Positions 48,925 through 59,164 of a DNA stretch of 64,000 nt are shown in pieces. Under the pieces are notes generated by a model. That model had not been told where the DNA came from. It was given only the letters and a program-made list of their open reading frames with translations, and made no database searches. The translations under genes were made by a program, and so were the position numbers. The stretch spans positions 156,272 through 220,271 of the forward strand of contig JACPGJ010000008.1 in assembly GCA_016182555.1 (NCBI GenBank). Direction: 5' to 3'. Each line of letters begins with the position of its first letter. The stretch's first letter is position 1. This DNA comes from Candidatus Kerfeldbacteria bacterium. GTDB lineage: Bacteria; Patescibacteriota; Patescibacteriia; UBA9570; XYC2-FULL-38-9.

Positions 48925-49506
48925 TTAATCTTTTTCTGTTGTTAAAATTTCATCGGTCAATTCATTAACGCCAATCCCCTTTTTGGACGAAAACGGGATA
49001 ATTTTATATTGCCCAAGTGCGTGTTCAATGTGTTCGATTTTTTGCGTATACTGTGATGGTTTAATTTTATCTACTTTATTCGCAACCACAACAATGTGCT
49101 TGTGCTGGTCTGCTATTGCCCGAAACATCTCGATATCATTTTTGGTTATGCCCACTTCCGCATCAATAATAAATACCACTTTTGGGCGGTCATAGGGCGA
49201 GGCAAAAAAATACCAATGAATCAACTCGCGTAATTCTTCTTTCACGGCTTGCGGGGCTTTCGCATATCCATACCCAGGCATATCCATCATATACACCGCC
49301 TTGTTTATGAGATACACATTTATTTGCTGTGTCCGCCCAGGCGAGGAACTGGTGATTGCCAATTTTTTTTGCTTAGTTAATGCATTGATAATGCTCGATT
49401 TCCCAACGTTTGAACGCCCAATAAACGCCACTTGTGGAATGCCGTCACTCAATAACGGGTCTTCGCCCACTATTCCTCGTATAAATTTTGCCGATGTAAT
49501 ATTCAT
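48925..49506 (-). CDS. engB: Ribosome-biogenesis GTPase EngB/YsxC
   Basis: G1 GRSNVGKSS, G3 DMPGYG, G4 NKVDK. Confidence 0.9.
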   Translation of the reverse strand: MNITSAKFIRGIVGEDPLLSDGIPQVAFIGRSNVGKSSIINALTKQKKLAITSSSPGRTQQINVYLINKAVYMMDMPGYGYAKAPQAVKEELRELIHWYFFASPYDRPKVVFIIDAEVGITKNDIEMFRAIADQHKHIVVVANKVDKIKPSQYTQKIEHIEHALGQYKIIPFSSKKGIGVNELTDEILTTEKD

Positions 49507-49588
49507 AGCATGATACTAGCAGTAAGCGGGTTTTCTGGCCATAGTACAGAGCACTTATGCTATACTGGGTATAAATTACACCTGCAAT

Positions 49589-50062
49589 TTAAATAATATG
49601 CATTTCGTGATCGATGGTCTGCAAAAATGTGTGAAACATCTCTTTTGATAATTCGAGTGAAGCGGTATTTCTGTTCGGATGAAAATTCACGATTTCTGCG
49701 TTGTATACTTCTGTATCAATATATACTTCGACTTTTTTCTCTGCATCATTGAGCAATCCGAATATCGATACAGAACCTGGTGTGAGGCCAAGTATTTCAT
49801 AGAGCGACTCAGTACTGGCAAAGGTTACTTTCTTCTCTCCAACGGTATCAGCAAAATTTTTTAAGTCTGTTCTTTTTTTCGCAGGAAGAACAAGAAGAAA
49901 ATATCAACGTGCATTTTTGTCTCTCAAAAACAAGTTTTTGCATGCAAGGCCTGGAATATGACTCGCATACTTCTCCCCATCTTCACTCGTAAAAATAGCC
50001 GGGTGTTCGTGCAGCGCATACTTGATATTTTTGGATTGGAGAAATTGTTCAACGTGTATCAT
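49589..50062 (-). pseudogene. YbaK/ProX-like aminoacyl-tRNA deacylase gene interrupted by an in-frame TGA
   Basis: Reverse translation MIHVEQFLQSKNIKYALHEHPAIFTSEDGEKYASHIPGLACKNLFLRDKNAR*YFLLVLPAKKRTDLKNFADTVGEKKVTFASTESLYEILGLTPGSVSIFGLLNDAEKKVEVYIDTEVYNAEIVNFHPNRNTASLELSKEMFHTFLQTIDHEMHII*; TGA occupies codon 53 (49904-49906) with conserved YbaK sequence on both sides. Confidence 0.55.
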
Positions 50063-50074
50063 AACTCTAGACAT

Positions 50075-50932
50075 CTATTTTTTTGTTTCAATTTCATTTT
50101 TTAATTCCCTCCCCGCTTCTGCTCCAACTTTTTTTATTTCTTCTATCCACGTCAAAGCATTTTTCCTTTGTTCAGGATGTTTTACCGCTCTGCCTGTTAA
50201 TGAAAAAAAACCTTTTTCTGCCAAATTGATAAGATATTCTTCAGTAATGAGAGCTTCGTCAAGAGTTTTTTCTCTATCACTAGAGGTAAGACCAACTCCG
50301 AATAACCTGCTAGTTGGTCGACTTTCTCCCTCAGGTTTATTAGTGCCCTCATAAAATTTCTCTGGGCCACCTCGTGTTACTAGAATTCGATTGGGTTGTA
50401 TTCCTGCTTCTTTCATCATCCGTGTCAAATGATAACCCGCGTTTAGGGCGGTTCCGCCATCGCCTGATAATGATGAGCTTTTTTCAGTAATAGGATCTAT
50501 TTCTATATAACTTGGTTCGGACGGCCAATTTCCTTCATCATACACTATAATTGTTGGAGAATTTTCTCTAATTCTTTTCTGGATGAAAACTTTATCTGGT
50601 GAGTGTAATCTATAATAGGCTTCTGGGTTCCGAAAATGCGGATAGGGTAGTCTAGCATGTAAATCATATCTATAAAACATTGGTTGTTGTTCATTAGGAT
50701 AAGCATATCTCCATGTTTCCTTCATAAGATAGCCTCGCGGAACCGCACTTGTCTCGGTCAAGAATATGTAATCAGGCTGTACATGATCGTGCCAATAAGA
50801 TATAACTTTCTTCACCCACTCCATTACCATCCGTTTTTCTTTTCTCTCTGGATTTTCTTTTTCAGGCTCTTCCTTATTAGTGTCTATTAATCTTTCGGTT
50901 TTTAAAAATGGTGACCTTTCATTCTTAATCAT
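50075..50932 (-). CDS. Hypothetical protein (285 aa), Lys/Glu-rich termini
   Basis: Long ORF, no confidently recognised family; SGDGGTALNAGYHLTRMMKEAG segment loosely nucleotide-binding-like. Confidence 0.4.
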   Translation of the reverse strand: MIKNERSPFLKTERLIDTNKEEPEKENPERKEKRMVMEWVKKVISYWHDHVQPDYIFLTETSAVPRGYLMKETWRYAYPNEQQPMFYRYDLHARLPYPHFRNPEAYYRLHSPDKVFIQKRIRENSPTIIVYDEGNWPSEPSYIEIDPITEKSSSLSGDGGTALNAGYHLTRMMKEAGIQPNRILVTRGGPEKFYEGTNKPEGESRPTSRLFGVGLTSSDREKTLDEALITEEYLINLAEKGFFSLTGRAVKHPEQRKNALTWIEEIKKVGAEAGRELKNEIETKK

Positions 50933-51150
50933 ACTATTTGTAATTTTTAAAAGTAAAAAATAGTTCCAAATAATTTAGTACACCTAAAGTATATGCGAAA
51001 TTGGCAAGTATCCCATTTTTTAGGCAATGATTCTTATTTGGTGTAATTGCTATCAAAATATATCGGCTAAATAGACGATATCAATGATGGGGCAAGTAGT
51101 CAAAGCCAAATCTCTTTTACTCTGGCTTCCTAAAATTAGCAACTACTTCC

Positions 51151-52011
51151 TCAATTTGAAAATATGTCTTCAATGCGTTGAAGATATCTGGGGAATGATG
51201 CTGTTTGACCAACAATTTTGGCATGAAAAAAGGCAGCAAATAACCTTCTTCTGTTTTGAAAAGTGATTCTTTCTCTGAAGTTTTCAGGAATGTCTTGTGT
51301 ATAATATTGCAGAACAGTGTTTATCGCATCTTTCCCGAAGAATCTCTCGATCAGATTAAAATCAACTGCAGGATCATTGACACAGACACGACCAAAATCT
51401 ATGATTCCAGCAATCTTTTTTGATGATTGATTGAACAAAATATGATTCGGGTGAAAATCTCCGTGGCAGAGTGTTTTGTTGATTGAATTTTTCGATTCTC
51501 CTTGAAAATATTCAGTGAAATACTTCAGGGCATTCTTGCGAGTTTCTTCGCTGAGTTGAGTTTCAATGGGTTTCCACAAATCATTCCAAAAATCAGCATC
51601 TCCCATTGGATATTCTACGAGGTTCTTGTGTGTAAAATCTGTTGCATGAAGTTGAGTGAGGAATTCGCCAATTGATTTCCATGCCTCATTTTTTTGTTCT
51701 TCAGAAATTTCATCATACACCTCGTCCAAAGGTATTCCATCTAATTTTCTGTATCCAATAAAATTGTTTCCTTGATATTCAATATGAGGCACAGGAAGTG
51801 CGCTCAACTGTGCAAATTCTGGTAAAAAACTCTTTTCAATTTCGAGTTGCTGCAAATCTCTCTCTTCTTTTGAAAAACGAAAAATCCATTCGTTGTTCAT
51901 TTCAAAAACAATATTTCCGTATCCTCCTTTCATGGTGTATTCCTGAATAGGCTCAGTGAATACACTTTTAATGACATCTATATAATTATTTTCATTCATA
52001 GCATTGTTCAT
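51151..52011 (-). CDS. Aminoglycoside/choline-kinase-type phosphotransferase (APH family)
   Basis: Catalytic loop CHGDFHPNHILF and Mg-binding IIDFGR motifs. Confidence 0.85.
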   Translation of the reverse strand: MNNAMNENNYIDVIKSVFTEPIQEYTMKGGYGNIVFEMNNEWIFRFSKEERDLQQLEIEKSFLPEFAQLSALPVPHIEYQGNNFIGYRKLDGIPLDEVYDEISEEQKNEAWKSIGEFLTQLHATDFTHKNLVEYPMGDADFWNDLWKPIETQLSEETRKNALKYFTEYFQGESKNSINKTLCHGDFHPNHILFNQSSKKIAGIIDFGRVCVNDPAVDFNLIERFFGKDAINTVLQYYTQDIPENFRERITFQNRRRLFAAFFHAKIVGQTASFPRYLQRIEDIFSN

Positions 52012-52025
52012 CGCTTAGTGCGCAA

Positions 52026-52283
52026 TTATTTTCCCTTTATCAATAAATCTAAATTAATGTTGATATCAGCAAACGTGTCTTGCAAAAGAGACTTTGCATC
52101 GTTAATTCCTTTATTGTACGCAATCCACACAATTTTTTCCATCATCATATCGAGGATCTGTTCTGCCGCAAGAACACCTATTTTTTCATCTCGTTCATCT
52201 TGAAAAAATGCAATAATTTCATCAATGCACTCTCTGCGTTGCTCTTCTGATAACATGTCCCAAATCGGTTTTCGTTTTGTCAT
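52026..52283 (-). CDS. Small DUF2164-like protein
   Basis: 85 aa, LSEEQRRECIDEIIAFFQDERDEKIGVLAAEQILD resembles the conserved ERDEEIG core of DUF2164; directly upstream of the APH gene. Confidence 0.4.
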   Translation of the reverse strand: MTKRKPIWDMLSEEQRRECIDEIIAFFQDERDEKIGVLAAEQILDMMMEKIVWIAYNKGINDAKSLLQDTFADININLDLLIKGK

Positions 52284-52445
52284 AAGTTTGAAATTATTTA
52301 GTGTAGCATGAAGCAGTGTACTCTGCTGTATTTGATCGATTAACCAACGTTGCTGATTTGTATAATACAGTAATGGTTATTTCATAGCACTTAGCTTAGT
52401 ACATAATATCGAAATGATTATCAATATGACACATGTATGTATGAA

Positions 52446-53561
52446 TTATTTTTGTTCTTTTTCGGCTAACATGAGAATGCGTTGAATAAATTCACTTTTT
52501 CCTTCCGAATACTCTTTTCCAGCATCGGGAAATTTTTTGATCAAATCTTTTTTCAATTCTTCGTATTCTTTTAACGTATCGGGGTGCCTCTGTAAATAAT
52601 CAAGAAAGAGTACTTGTCTTTTCCAGTACGAAAATGTATCTGGCTGCGCGAGAGATAAATGAAATTTCACTGGATTTCCTTTTACAAAAAAATACCGTTC
52701 GACAGATGATCGCTCTGGTTGATATTCATAACCCAATTCTGCAAGTGGTTGAATATATTTTTCCGCATCTTTAAGTGAAGGAATTAACATGGCAATATCA
52801 ATAATCGGTTTTGCACATAACCCAGGTATAGCGGTACTTCCAATATGATGAATTTCGACTAGGGAATCTTGTAATTTTCTTAATACGTGTTCCTTTTCAG
52901 ATTGAAAAATTTTCGGCCATTCTGGATTGTATGAAACTATATTCATTCTATTGTGTGTCGTTATTACAAATCCCTCTTTAAGTGTATTAACAACAACCAT
53001 ATCTACGTAATCTTGAGGATGTTGAACATTAACATATTTTCTCTCATTCGGAGCATGCACTTGTTCCCATAGTGTTCGGCTGTTATCTCCATCACGAGTC
53101 ACCGCTCGCTCCATGGCTTCTTCAGGCGCACATTCAATCCAGATACTATAATCATAATAGTGACGGATATCTTTATGAAACGAATAACATCCTTCCACTA
53201 ATACCGTTCCGCCTGGTTGAATGCGAAACCACTGCGGTTGCTCATCTGTTTTCCACCAGAATGTGTTTTGAAATCGCACTTCTTTTCCTTGAGTAAGCGG
53301 AATAAGCACTTCTTGTTCAAAACGTTCCAAGTTCACACGTGTTTGCGCACCTGCTGGATGATATGGGTATTCTTCTGGCAAATACGGAAATTTATCTAAC
53401 TCAGCTATTTGAATAGAGGAATCTAATTCTGCTAACTGCTTTGCAAACGTACTTTTCCCAGAGCCGCCAAAACCATCAATAGCTACCAATTTTGTTGCTC
53501 CTTTTTGTGAACACAAACGTATTTCTTGTAGAATTTCTTTTGCCGTTTCCATGACGCACAT
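52446..53561 (-). CDS. Fusion of P-loop nucleoside/nucleotide-kinase-like domain and GrpB (nucleotidyltransferase-fold) domain
   Basis: N-terminal VAIDGFGGSGKSTFAKQLAE Walker A; C-terminal VEIHHIGSTAIPGLCAKPIIDI matches GrpB/UPF0157 core. Confidence 0.6.
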   Translation of the reverse strand: MCVMETAKEILQEIRLCSQKGATKLVAIDGFGGSGKSTFAKQLAELDSSIQIAELDKFPYLPEEYPYHPAGAQTRVNLERFEQEVLIPLTQGKEVRFQNTFWWKTDEQPQWFRIQPGGTVLVEGCYSFHKDIRHYYDYSIWIECAPEEAMERAVTRDGDNSRTLWEQVHAPNERKYVNVQHPQDYVDMVVVNTLKEGFVITTHNRMNIVSYNPEWPKIFQSEKEHVLRKLQDSLVEIHHIGSTAIPGLCAKPIIDIAMLIPSLKDAEKYIQPLAELGYEYQPERSSVERYFFVKGNPVKFHLSLAQPDTFSYWKRQVLFLDYLQRHPDTLKEYEELKKDLIKKFPDAGKEYSEGKSEFIQRILMLAEKEQK

Positions 53562-54037
53562 TATTTGTTTTTCTTATGGATGAATACTTCCACTCGTTTA
53601 TCCACTTCTGCATCAGCATCGAGTACATAAAAATGTTCTGGAGTGATTTTGAATAAACGGTATGGTGCTGATTCTACTAAATATTCAGGCTTGATATCGA
53701 TAAATGAGGTAGAATAATAATTCAACCCTTCAAGCATAGCATCTCCTTGTAGAAGTGTTACTGTTCCAGAGCCTTGTACCCCATTTCCCTCGCCTTCTGG
53801 CTGATGTGAATCAAAAATGGCAAATGCGACATTTGGTTTTTGTAGAATATGCTTTACATGCACTGATTCCAATTGTGAGATGAAATAGAAGTTATAGTCT
53901 TCATCCAAACAATAATATACTGGCGCTACCCATGGCAGAACACCATCAGTTGTTGCTAATGTGAGATATTTATTCGATTTCAGTATGCTGATAGCTTGTG
54001 TAATGCATTCCTTTTGCTTCATATATATAAATTTCAC
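53561..54037 (-). CDS. Pyridoxamine-5'-phosphate-oxidase-like FMN-binding split-barrel protein
   Basis: YLTLATTDGVLPWVAPVYYCLDEDYNFYFIS pattern of PNPOx-like family; 158 aa. Confidence 0.65.
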   Translation of the reverse strand: MKFIYMKQKECITQAISILKSNKYLTLATTDGVLPWVAPVYYCLDEDYNFYFISQLESVHVKHILQKPNVAFAIFDSHQPEGEGNGVQGSGTVTLLQGDAMLEGLNYYSTSFIDIKPEYLVESAPYRLFKITPEHFYVLDADAEVDKRVEVFIHKKNK

Positions 54038-54098
54038 ATAAATACTGGTTCAATCCTATCACCTGCATGGTAATTGAGCAATTCTGGTATATTGAATG

Positions 54099-54662
54099 CT
54101 ACAATATCGATCGAATTTCGTTAAATAGTTTTTGGTAATCAATATGATCAAAGTTAGTGGTATCCAGAGTATATAGATACCCACCAACATCAAGCGGCTC
54201 TCTACGTCCTTGCAATAATGTCGGTTTGAATTCTTCATAATTCAAATGATCCACATGACCCGGATGACGCTCACCTGATTCAGATCGCTGCTTAAAACGT
54301 TCGAATAGCATTTCACCATCTGTGGTACATTGTATTTGAAACGGTACAACGTTATACTTATTAATCAACTGACGAAGTGTGTCGTTGTCATACTCTGGCT
54401 TGAGATCACTTTCCAAAATACACGACTGGCCAGAGGCCAACAATTTTTCAACAAACAAAAAGAGTAACGCGAAACTGGCTTCACCGACCTGTTTTGACCA
54501 TTCTCGATCTTTCACTCCCAAAGAATCAAACAGTAATTCTTTGATTTCATCTTTGGAAATACATGGAAGAGAGAATTCGTGAGCAATATTTTTCGACAAT
54601 GTAGTTTTCCCTGTACACGGTGGACCAGTAATAATTATCAGTATTGTTTTTGACATAATCAA
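54099..54662 (-). CDS. P-loop kinase (AAA_33 / chloramphenicol-phosphotransferase-like)
   Basis: IIITGPPCTGKTTLSKNIAHEF Walker A, 187 aa. Confidence 0.6.
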   Translation of the reverse strand: MIMSKTILIIITGPPCTGKTTLSKNIAHEFSLPCISKDEIKELLFDSLGVKDREWSKQVGEASFALLFLFVEKLLASGQSCILESDLKPEYDNDTLRQLINKYNVVPFQIQCTTDGEMLFERFKQRSESGERHPGHVDHLNYEEFKPTLLQGRREPLDVGGYLYTLDTTNFDHIDYQKLFNEIRSIL

Positions 54663-55189
54663 TTATATTTTTTCACTCGATAATGGAGTTGCACGGTATT
54701 CTTTGAGAGCTGCTTTGTATTGATCAATTCTAAGTGTGCATCGAAATCACTTTCTGCAAACAGCGGAATTCCTTTGCCAAACACGAGTGGCTCCACATCA
54801 ATATATATTTCGTCAATCAATCCTTTTTGCATAAAATAAGCATTTAGCATTCCTCCACCGCCAACAAGCACCTCAGAAAATCCTTTTGCTTGTAATACAT
54901 CCAATGCTTCTTCTGGTGAATGCACAAACACACAATTGGCATTGGGTTCATGTTCACCACTCGATACAACCACAGTAAATGGATGACCAATGCGTTCAAA
55001 TTCGTTACACGCTTTCATCACCTCATACGTTCGTCGACCAATTACGATGTTTTGTACCTCTTGAACCTTTTTTGCGTATGATGCCCATGATTCATCAGAC
55101 CACGGCGTACCATCAGTCGCTGTAGCAATATATCCATTAAGTGTTGTGGTCATGTATAGAATAACTTTCATATACTCATCAAAATTCAT
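54659..55189 (-). CDS. Dihydrofolate-reductase-like protein (RibD C-terminal domain family)
   Basis: YMTTTLNGYIATATDGTPW...IGRRTYE...LVGGGGMLNAYFMQKGLIDE typical of RibD_C/DHFR-like reductases. Confidence 0.75.
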   Translation of the reverse strand: MNFDEYMKVILYMTTTLNGYIATATDGTPWSDESWASYAKKVQEVQNIVIGRRTYEVMKACNEFERIGHPFTVVVSSGEHEPNANCVFVHSPEEALDVLQAKGFSEVLVGGGGMLNAYFMQKGLIDEIYIDVEPLVFGKGIPLFAESDFDAHLELINTKQLSKNTVQLHYRVKKYN

Positions 55190-55218
55190 TTATAAATCAA
55201 AAAGATTAATGAGAAAAA

Positions 55219-55959
55219 TTATATCGAATAATCAAGCTCATCAAAATGGCAGATGATTTTCTTTTTAAAATTGTACTGTGAAGCATAATACGGATTTACA
55301 TTCTCTTCTTTTGTTTGAAACTGTGGTAATAATTTCTGCTTCCATTGATACAGATCACCTTTCAAATATTCGCCTGGGTAGATCACTAAACGGAACGAAT
55401 CATTCTTCACCAACGTTTTTGGAAAATCAATTAGTTTTTGTCGAATGAGGTGCGTCACCACAATCTCTTCAATGAGAAAATGATAATTTGCCTCAGTTGG
55501 TTCACGGTGATTTAACCCATCTGCGAGATATTGTTGAAACTGTTCGTCGGTGTCTTTAAGTGCAATAAGTTTCAGATAGTATTCTCGAAATTGTGGTGAA
55601 TTCAGAAGTATATAATCCCATGGAATAAAGTGAGCTGCCTGAGGAATGTATTTTTTACTCTTCACCAACAATTTTAGAAGAGCATTTTTATGATCTATCA
55701 TTTGCGCATTTGTTCGCTTTCTTACACTCAACGCAGGCTCATCATTATTAAAATACAAACCATTTGTATAGATGAATAACATATCAATACCAACTTGACT
55801 GACCTTACTTTCAAAATATTTTACCATCTCAAAACACTCTTCAGGGCTTTGTCCTTTTCCTTTTGATAAACGACTCATGGAAAGCGGTAACACCAGGTAC
55901 CCATCCGCTGGAAGTTTATTGATGTCGTAATTTGTTTTCTTCTGGTGAATGGTATCCAT
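55219..55959 (-). CDS. Hypothetical protein (246 aa)
   Basis: Clean ORF with no recognised motif; adjacent to a SAM methyltransferase. Confidence 0.4.
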   Translation of the reverse strand: MDTIHQKKTNYDINKLPADGYLVLPLSMSRLSKGKGQSPEECFEMVKYFESKVSQVGIDMLFIYTNGLYFNNDEPALSVRKRTNAQMIDHKNALLKLLVKSKKYIPQAAHFIPWDYILLNSPQFREYYLKLIALKDTDEQFQQYLADGLNHREPTEANYHFLIEEIVVTHLIRQKLIDFPKTLVKNDSFRLVIYPGEYLKGDLYQWKQKLLPQFQTKEENVNPYYASQYNFKKKIICHFDELDYSI

Positions 55960-55968
55960 AGAGCTATA

Positions 55969-56607
55969 TTATTTAATCAATGTACACAAATACGCCATAT
56001 TCACTTTGGTGATATCGAGAATCTGTAATGAAGCTTGAGTAAAAATATTTTCAAGTTGTTCTTGAGTGAATTGCTCTGAAATATGATCTCCTACCGATTC
56101 ATCAAAAACAACAGTCGTGCCTCGTATTTCTTTTATCTTCACACCCACTGACTTATATACTTTCATTCGCTCTTCAAATGCATCTTCTGAAAATACACTA
56201 ATGATGATCTTGCCAGTAGGTTTGAGTACTCGTTTCATTTCATCAAGCACAATAAATTTTTTATCCGCAAAATTGGCAAATGTGGTCATGCAAATCACAA
56301 AATCAAATTCACTATCTTGAAATGGCAGGTGGGTTGCATCTGCTTTGAAAATCTGAATTGTTGGTTCATGGGCAAACGCCTGTTTTGCATCTGCAATTGC
56401 TGTATCATCATGGTCAATACCAACGATATGTTTTGTTACAGGCAACAAATCAAAAATACTCCGTCCATCACCACAGCCCACTTCAAGTACTTTGGCATCT
56501 GTAGTAACAACGCGTTGCAAATACTTTCTCTCCTCTTCAAACCACTGATGATATGATTTTGGCAAATTCTTTAGGACTGAATCCCAATAATCCATGTTTG
56601 TTTTCAT
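55969..56607 (-). CDS. Class I SAM-dependent methyltransferase
   Basis: Motif I VLEVGCGDGR, motif post-I VGIDHDD, motif II FDFVICM. Confidence 0.85.
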   Translation of the reverse strand: MKTNMDYWDSVLKNLPKSYHQWFEEERKYLQRVVTTDAKVLEVGCGDGRSIFDLLPVTKHIVGIDHDDTAIADAKQAFAHEPTIQIFKADATHLPFQDSEFDFVICMTTFANFADKKFIVLDEMKRVLKPTGKIIISVFSEDAFEERMKVYKSVGVKIKEIRGTTVVFDESVGDHISEQFTQEQLENIFTQASLQILDITKVNMAYLCTLIK

Positions 56608-56644
56608 AATTCTTGATTGTGCAACTTTGAATTAATTTTGTACA

Positions 56645-57220
56645 TTAAAAATTTCTTATCTTTTCAGCAATATCCACTGCGTTTTCATACAATTCATCGA
56701 GCATTTTTCTCACTTTTTCAGATAACGGCGCTGGGAACCTATTCTCTGGATAGTCTTTCGTATTATTGAAGCATGCATATACTGGAATGTTAACCATTTT
56801 GTGGTCATCAAAAAAATGCCGAACCATTTTTGCGTTGAGTTCAATACCAGCAAATGTCCCTGCACCATTCGTAATCACCACGCCAATTTTTCCTTGTAAC
56901 TGTTTTGAAGCAAAGAACATATCTGTTCTATCCATCAAATTCTTCAATCGTGCACTTGGCATACCGTAATACGTTGGTGAACTGAAAATAACAACATCGG
57001 CTTTGAGCAAACTTTCAAAGATACTGTGCATATCATCTTGAATATGACACGGTTTATTTTGTACACATGCATCACACGCGTCATAAAACGCTATATGCTT
57101 ATCGAGGAGATTTATTTTCTCTACTTCGTGATCAGTTTGAAACTTCTCTAACACATAATCTAAAAACAGCTCTGAATTACTCTGCTCTCGATGACTTCCG
57201 TTGATTCCAACAATGTACAT
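56645..57220 (-). CDS. Flavodoxin-like NAD(P)H-dependent FMN reductase / iron-sulfur flavoprotein-like
   Basis: MYIVGINGSHRE...NSE flavodoxin-like start, compact Cys cluster CDACVQNKPC. Confidence 0.65.
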   Translation of the reverse strand: MYIVGINGSHREQSNSELFLDYVLEKFQTDHEVEKINLLDKHIAFYDACDACVQNKPCHIQDDMHSIFESLLKADVVIFSSPTYYGMPSARLKNLMDRTDMFFASKQLQGKIGVVITNGAGTFAGIELNAKMVRHFFDDHKMVNIPVYACFNNTKDYPENRFPAPLSEKVRKMLDELYENAVDIAEKIRNF

Positions 57221-57450
57221 AATGCTAAAAGGTTAATTATACCTAACAGGGTTTGTATATAGAATACTTGCCCATGGAACTCGTGATAACTACAGCTTAT
57301 CATTCCATGATTAGGAGATCAATTTTCTATCTTTCTTTTCCGTGTACCATTGGTGAGTAGTGAATAGGTCATGGCATGTATTAAGGATTCTCATTTTTCA
57401 TTATTTCGTGATATAGTAGAGTTTGTATGCAACCAATGAGTTAATAGAGT

Positions 57451-58245
57451 ATGAAAAAAACACGAAAAATTCTTACACCAAAAGTCTATTTTATTGACAT
57501 GCCACTGGACATGGAGATAGAAATGCTCAACGGATTTTTATTTGAAAGCTTTGGGGGATGGAACAAATATGTTCTCCGTCGACATCCAGAATTGAAAAAA
57601 GCATACACATTAAAAACAGACGCTGAGAGAAGAGCATATATCCGCAACTATATTATTCAATTTCGAAAAACACACAAAGCTGAAATGGTGAAAAAGAAAG
57701 AACAATTTCAGAAAGCATGGAAAACAGTAGAAAAAGAATATTTCACTACTCTACAAGAACTCATGGATATTGAGTGGCCAAAGCAACGAAACAAAATTTA
57801 TGCCATGATTTCAATTAATCCTATTTGCCCTCGCTTTTTAGATGAATGGAATTTCTCTCTCTTTTACAACTATGATGATATACACAGAATGATTGAGGTC
57901 ATTATGCATGAATCATGCCATTTTCTGTATTTTGAAAAATGGAAAGAGTTGTATCCAAAAGCTGATCGAAAAACATTTGACGCGCCATATATTGAATGGT
58001 ATTTAAGTGAAATTTCTGCACCAATTATTTTAAATGAGCCGCGAATTCAACCCCTCCTTAAAAAACGCGCGCGATTTTACAAAGAACATCAACGAATTAA
58101 AATTGGTACGCACACTGCACCTGCGTATTTCAAAAAAATATATACACACTGTATCAAACAAGAAGATGGTTTTGCACTCTTTCTTCGAGAGGCCTATAAA
58201 GAAATTAAAAAGCACAAAAAACTTTTTCTGGAATCGATGAAATAA
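57451..58245 (+). CDS. Hypothetical protein with HExxH motif
   Basis: 264 aa; single HESCH (HExxH) at ~aa 153-157, no other family signal. Confidence 0.45.
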   Translation: MKKTRKILTPKVYFIDMPLDMEIEMLNGFLFESFGGWNKYVLRRHPELKKAYTLKTDAERRAYIRNYIIQFRKTHKAEMVKKKEQFQKAWKTVEKEYFTTLQELMDIEWPKQRNKIYAMISINPICPRFLDEWNFSLFYNYDDIHRMIEVIMHESCHFLYFEKWKELYPKADRKTFDAPYIEWYLSEISAPIILNEPRIQPLLKKRARFYKEHQRIKIGTHTAPAYFKKIYTHCIKQEDGFALFLREAYKEIKKHKKLFLESMK

Positions 58246-58356
58246 TGCCATTATGAACAATTCAAAAAGTACATGCATTAACCATGTCACCATTGTTGTG
58301 AAAAATAAACGAATAGCTGAAGAACGATAAAATTATTGATCAATAACTATACACCT

Positions 58357-58546
58357 ATGGAATTTAACGAAATTCAAAAAGTACCATGTAGAGATTGATG
58401 AAAATTTTGCACTTCTGAAACTGAATGAAGAAATGGGAGAATTGGCGCAAGCCGTACTCATTCACAGAAAAAAGAGTCGCCCAGAAAAACATCTTCCCGA
58501 AGAAGTATCGAAAAAAAAATTGAATGAATTTATTCTTCTTTGCTGA
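58357..58546 (+). pseudogene. MazG-like nucleotide pyrophosphohydrolase remnant (frameshifted, truncated)
   Basis: MEFNEIQK then +1 shift into ...EIDENFALLKLNEEMGELAQAVLIHRKKSRPEKHLPEEVSKKKLNEFILLC*; matches MazG/YpjD core (L.EE.GEL) but lacks ~15 aa N-terminal and ~40 aa C-terminal segments. Confidence 0.35.
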
Positions 58547-58565
58547 TTCATAGATGTAAATAACA

Positions 58566-59147
58566 TTACAGCTGTTGATTTGTGATATATGGGTGCACAA
58601 TAACAGTATTGCCATCAGTATACTCCACAATGCGAACACTGGCTTTGGGCTGATATCCTTCTGGCTGATTCACTGTGAGATCATCATGCAACGGCTGCTG
58701 ACACAAAAACTGATACAGAAAAAAGAGTGGATCTCCATGTGAACAAATAATGTAATTTTTGTCAGACTCAAATAGCGTTGTTGCCCAAAAATCAATCATT
58801 CTCTGTTGAACATCTTGCGGTGATTCACCACCAAGCGTAGGGACAAATTCATATAACGCTTTGCGCCAATTGTCGATTTCTCTATTCCCTTGATTTGCGC
58901 TAAATATTTCCGCTAATCGAATATCATAGTGTATAGGTATTGTGCTCGCAGCAATAATTTCAGCCGTTTGCTTGCATCGCAGCACAGGACTGGAATAGAT
59001 GGTTTCAATATGTTTATCCTGAAAAAATTGTTGCAAAATGCGCGCTTGTTCAATTCCATGTTCTGATAACTCTAACGGAAGACGCCCAGGAGAAATCTTC
59101 TCTGAATTTGAATACTGGACGTGCCGTACTAAATAGAATGTTGACAT
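58566..59147 (-). CDS. Histidine phosphatase (phosphoglycerate-mutase-like) family protein
   Basis: FYLVRHVQYSN (RHG motif), later CSHGDPL histidine motif. Confidence 0.8.
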   Translation of the reverse strand: MSTFYLVRHVQYSNSEKISPGRLPLELSEHGIEQARILQQFFQDKHIETIYSSPVLRCKQTAEIIAASTIPIHYDIRLAEIFSANQGNREIDNWRKALYEFVPTLGGESPQDVQQRMIDFWATTLFESDKNYIICSHGDPLFFLYQFLCQQPLHDDLTVNQPEGYQPKASVRIVEYTDGNTVIVHPYITNQQL

Positions 59148-59164
59148 ACTTTCATGCAGTTGAA

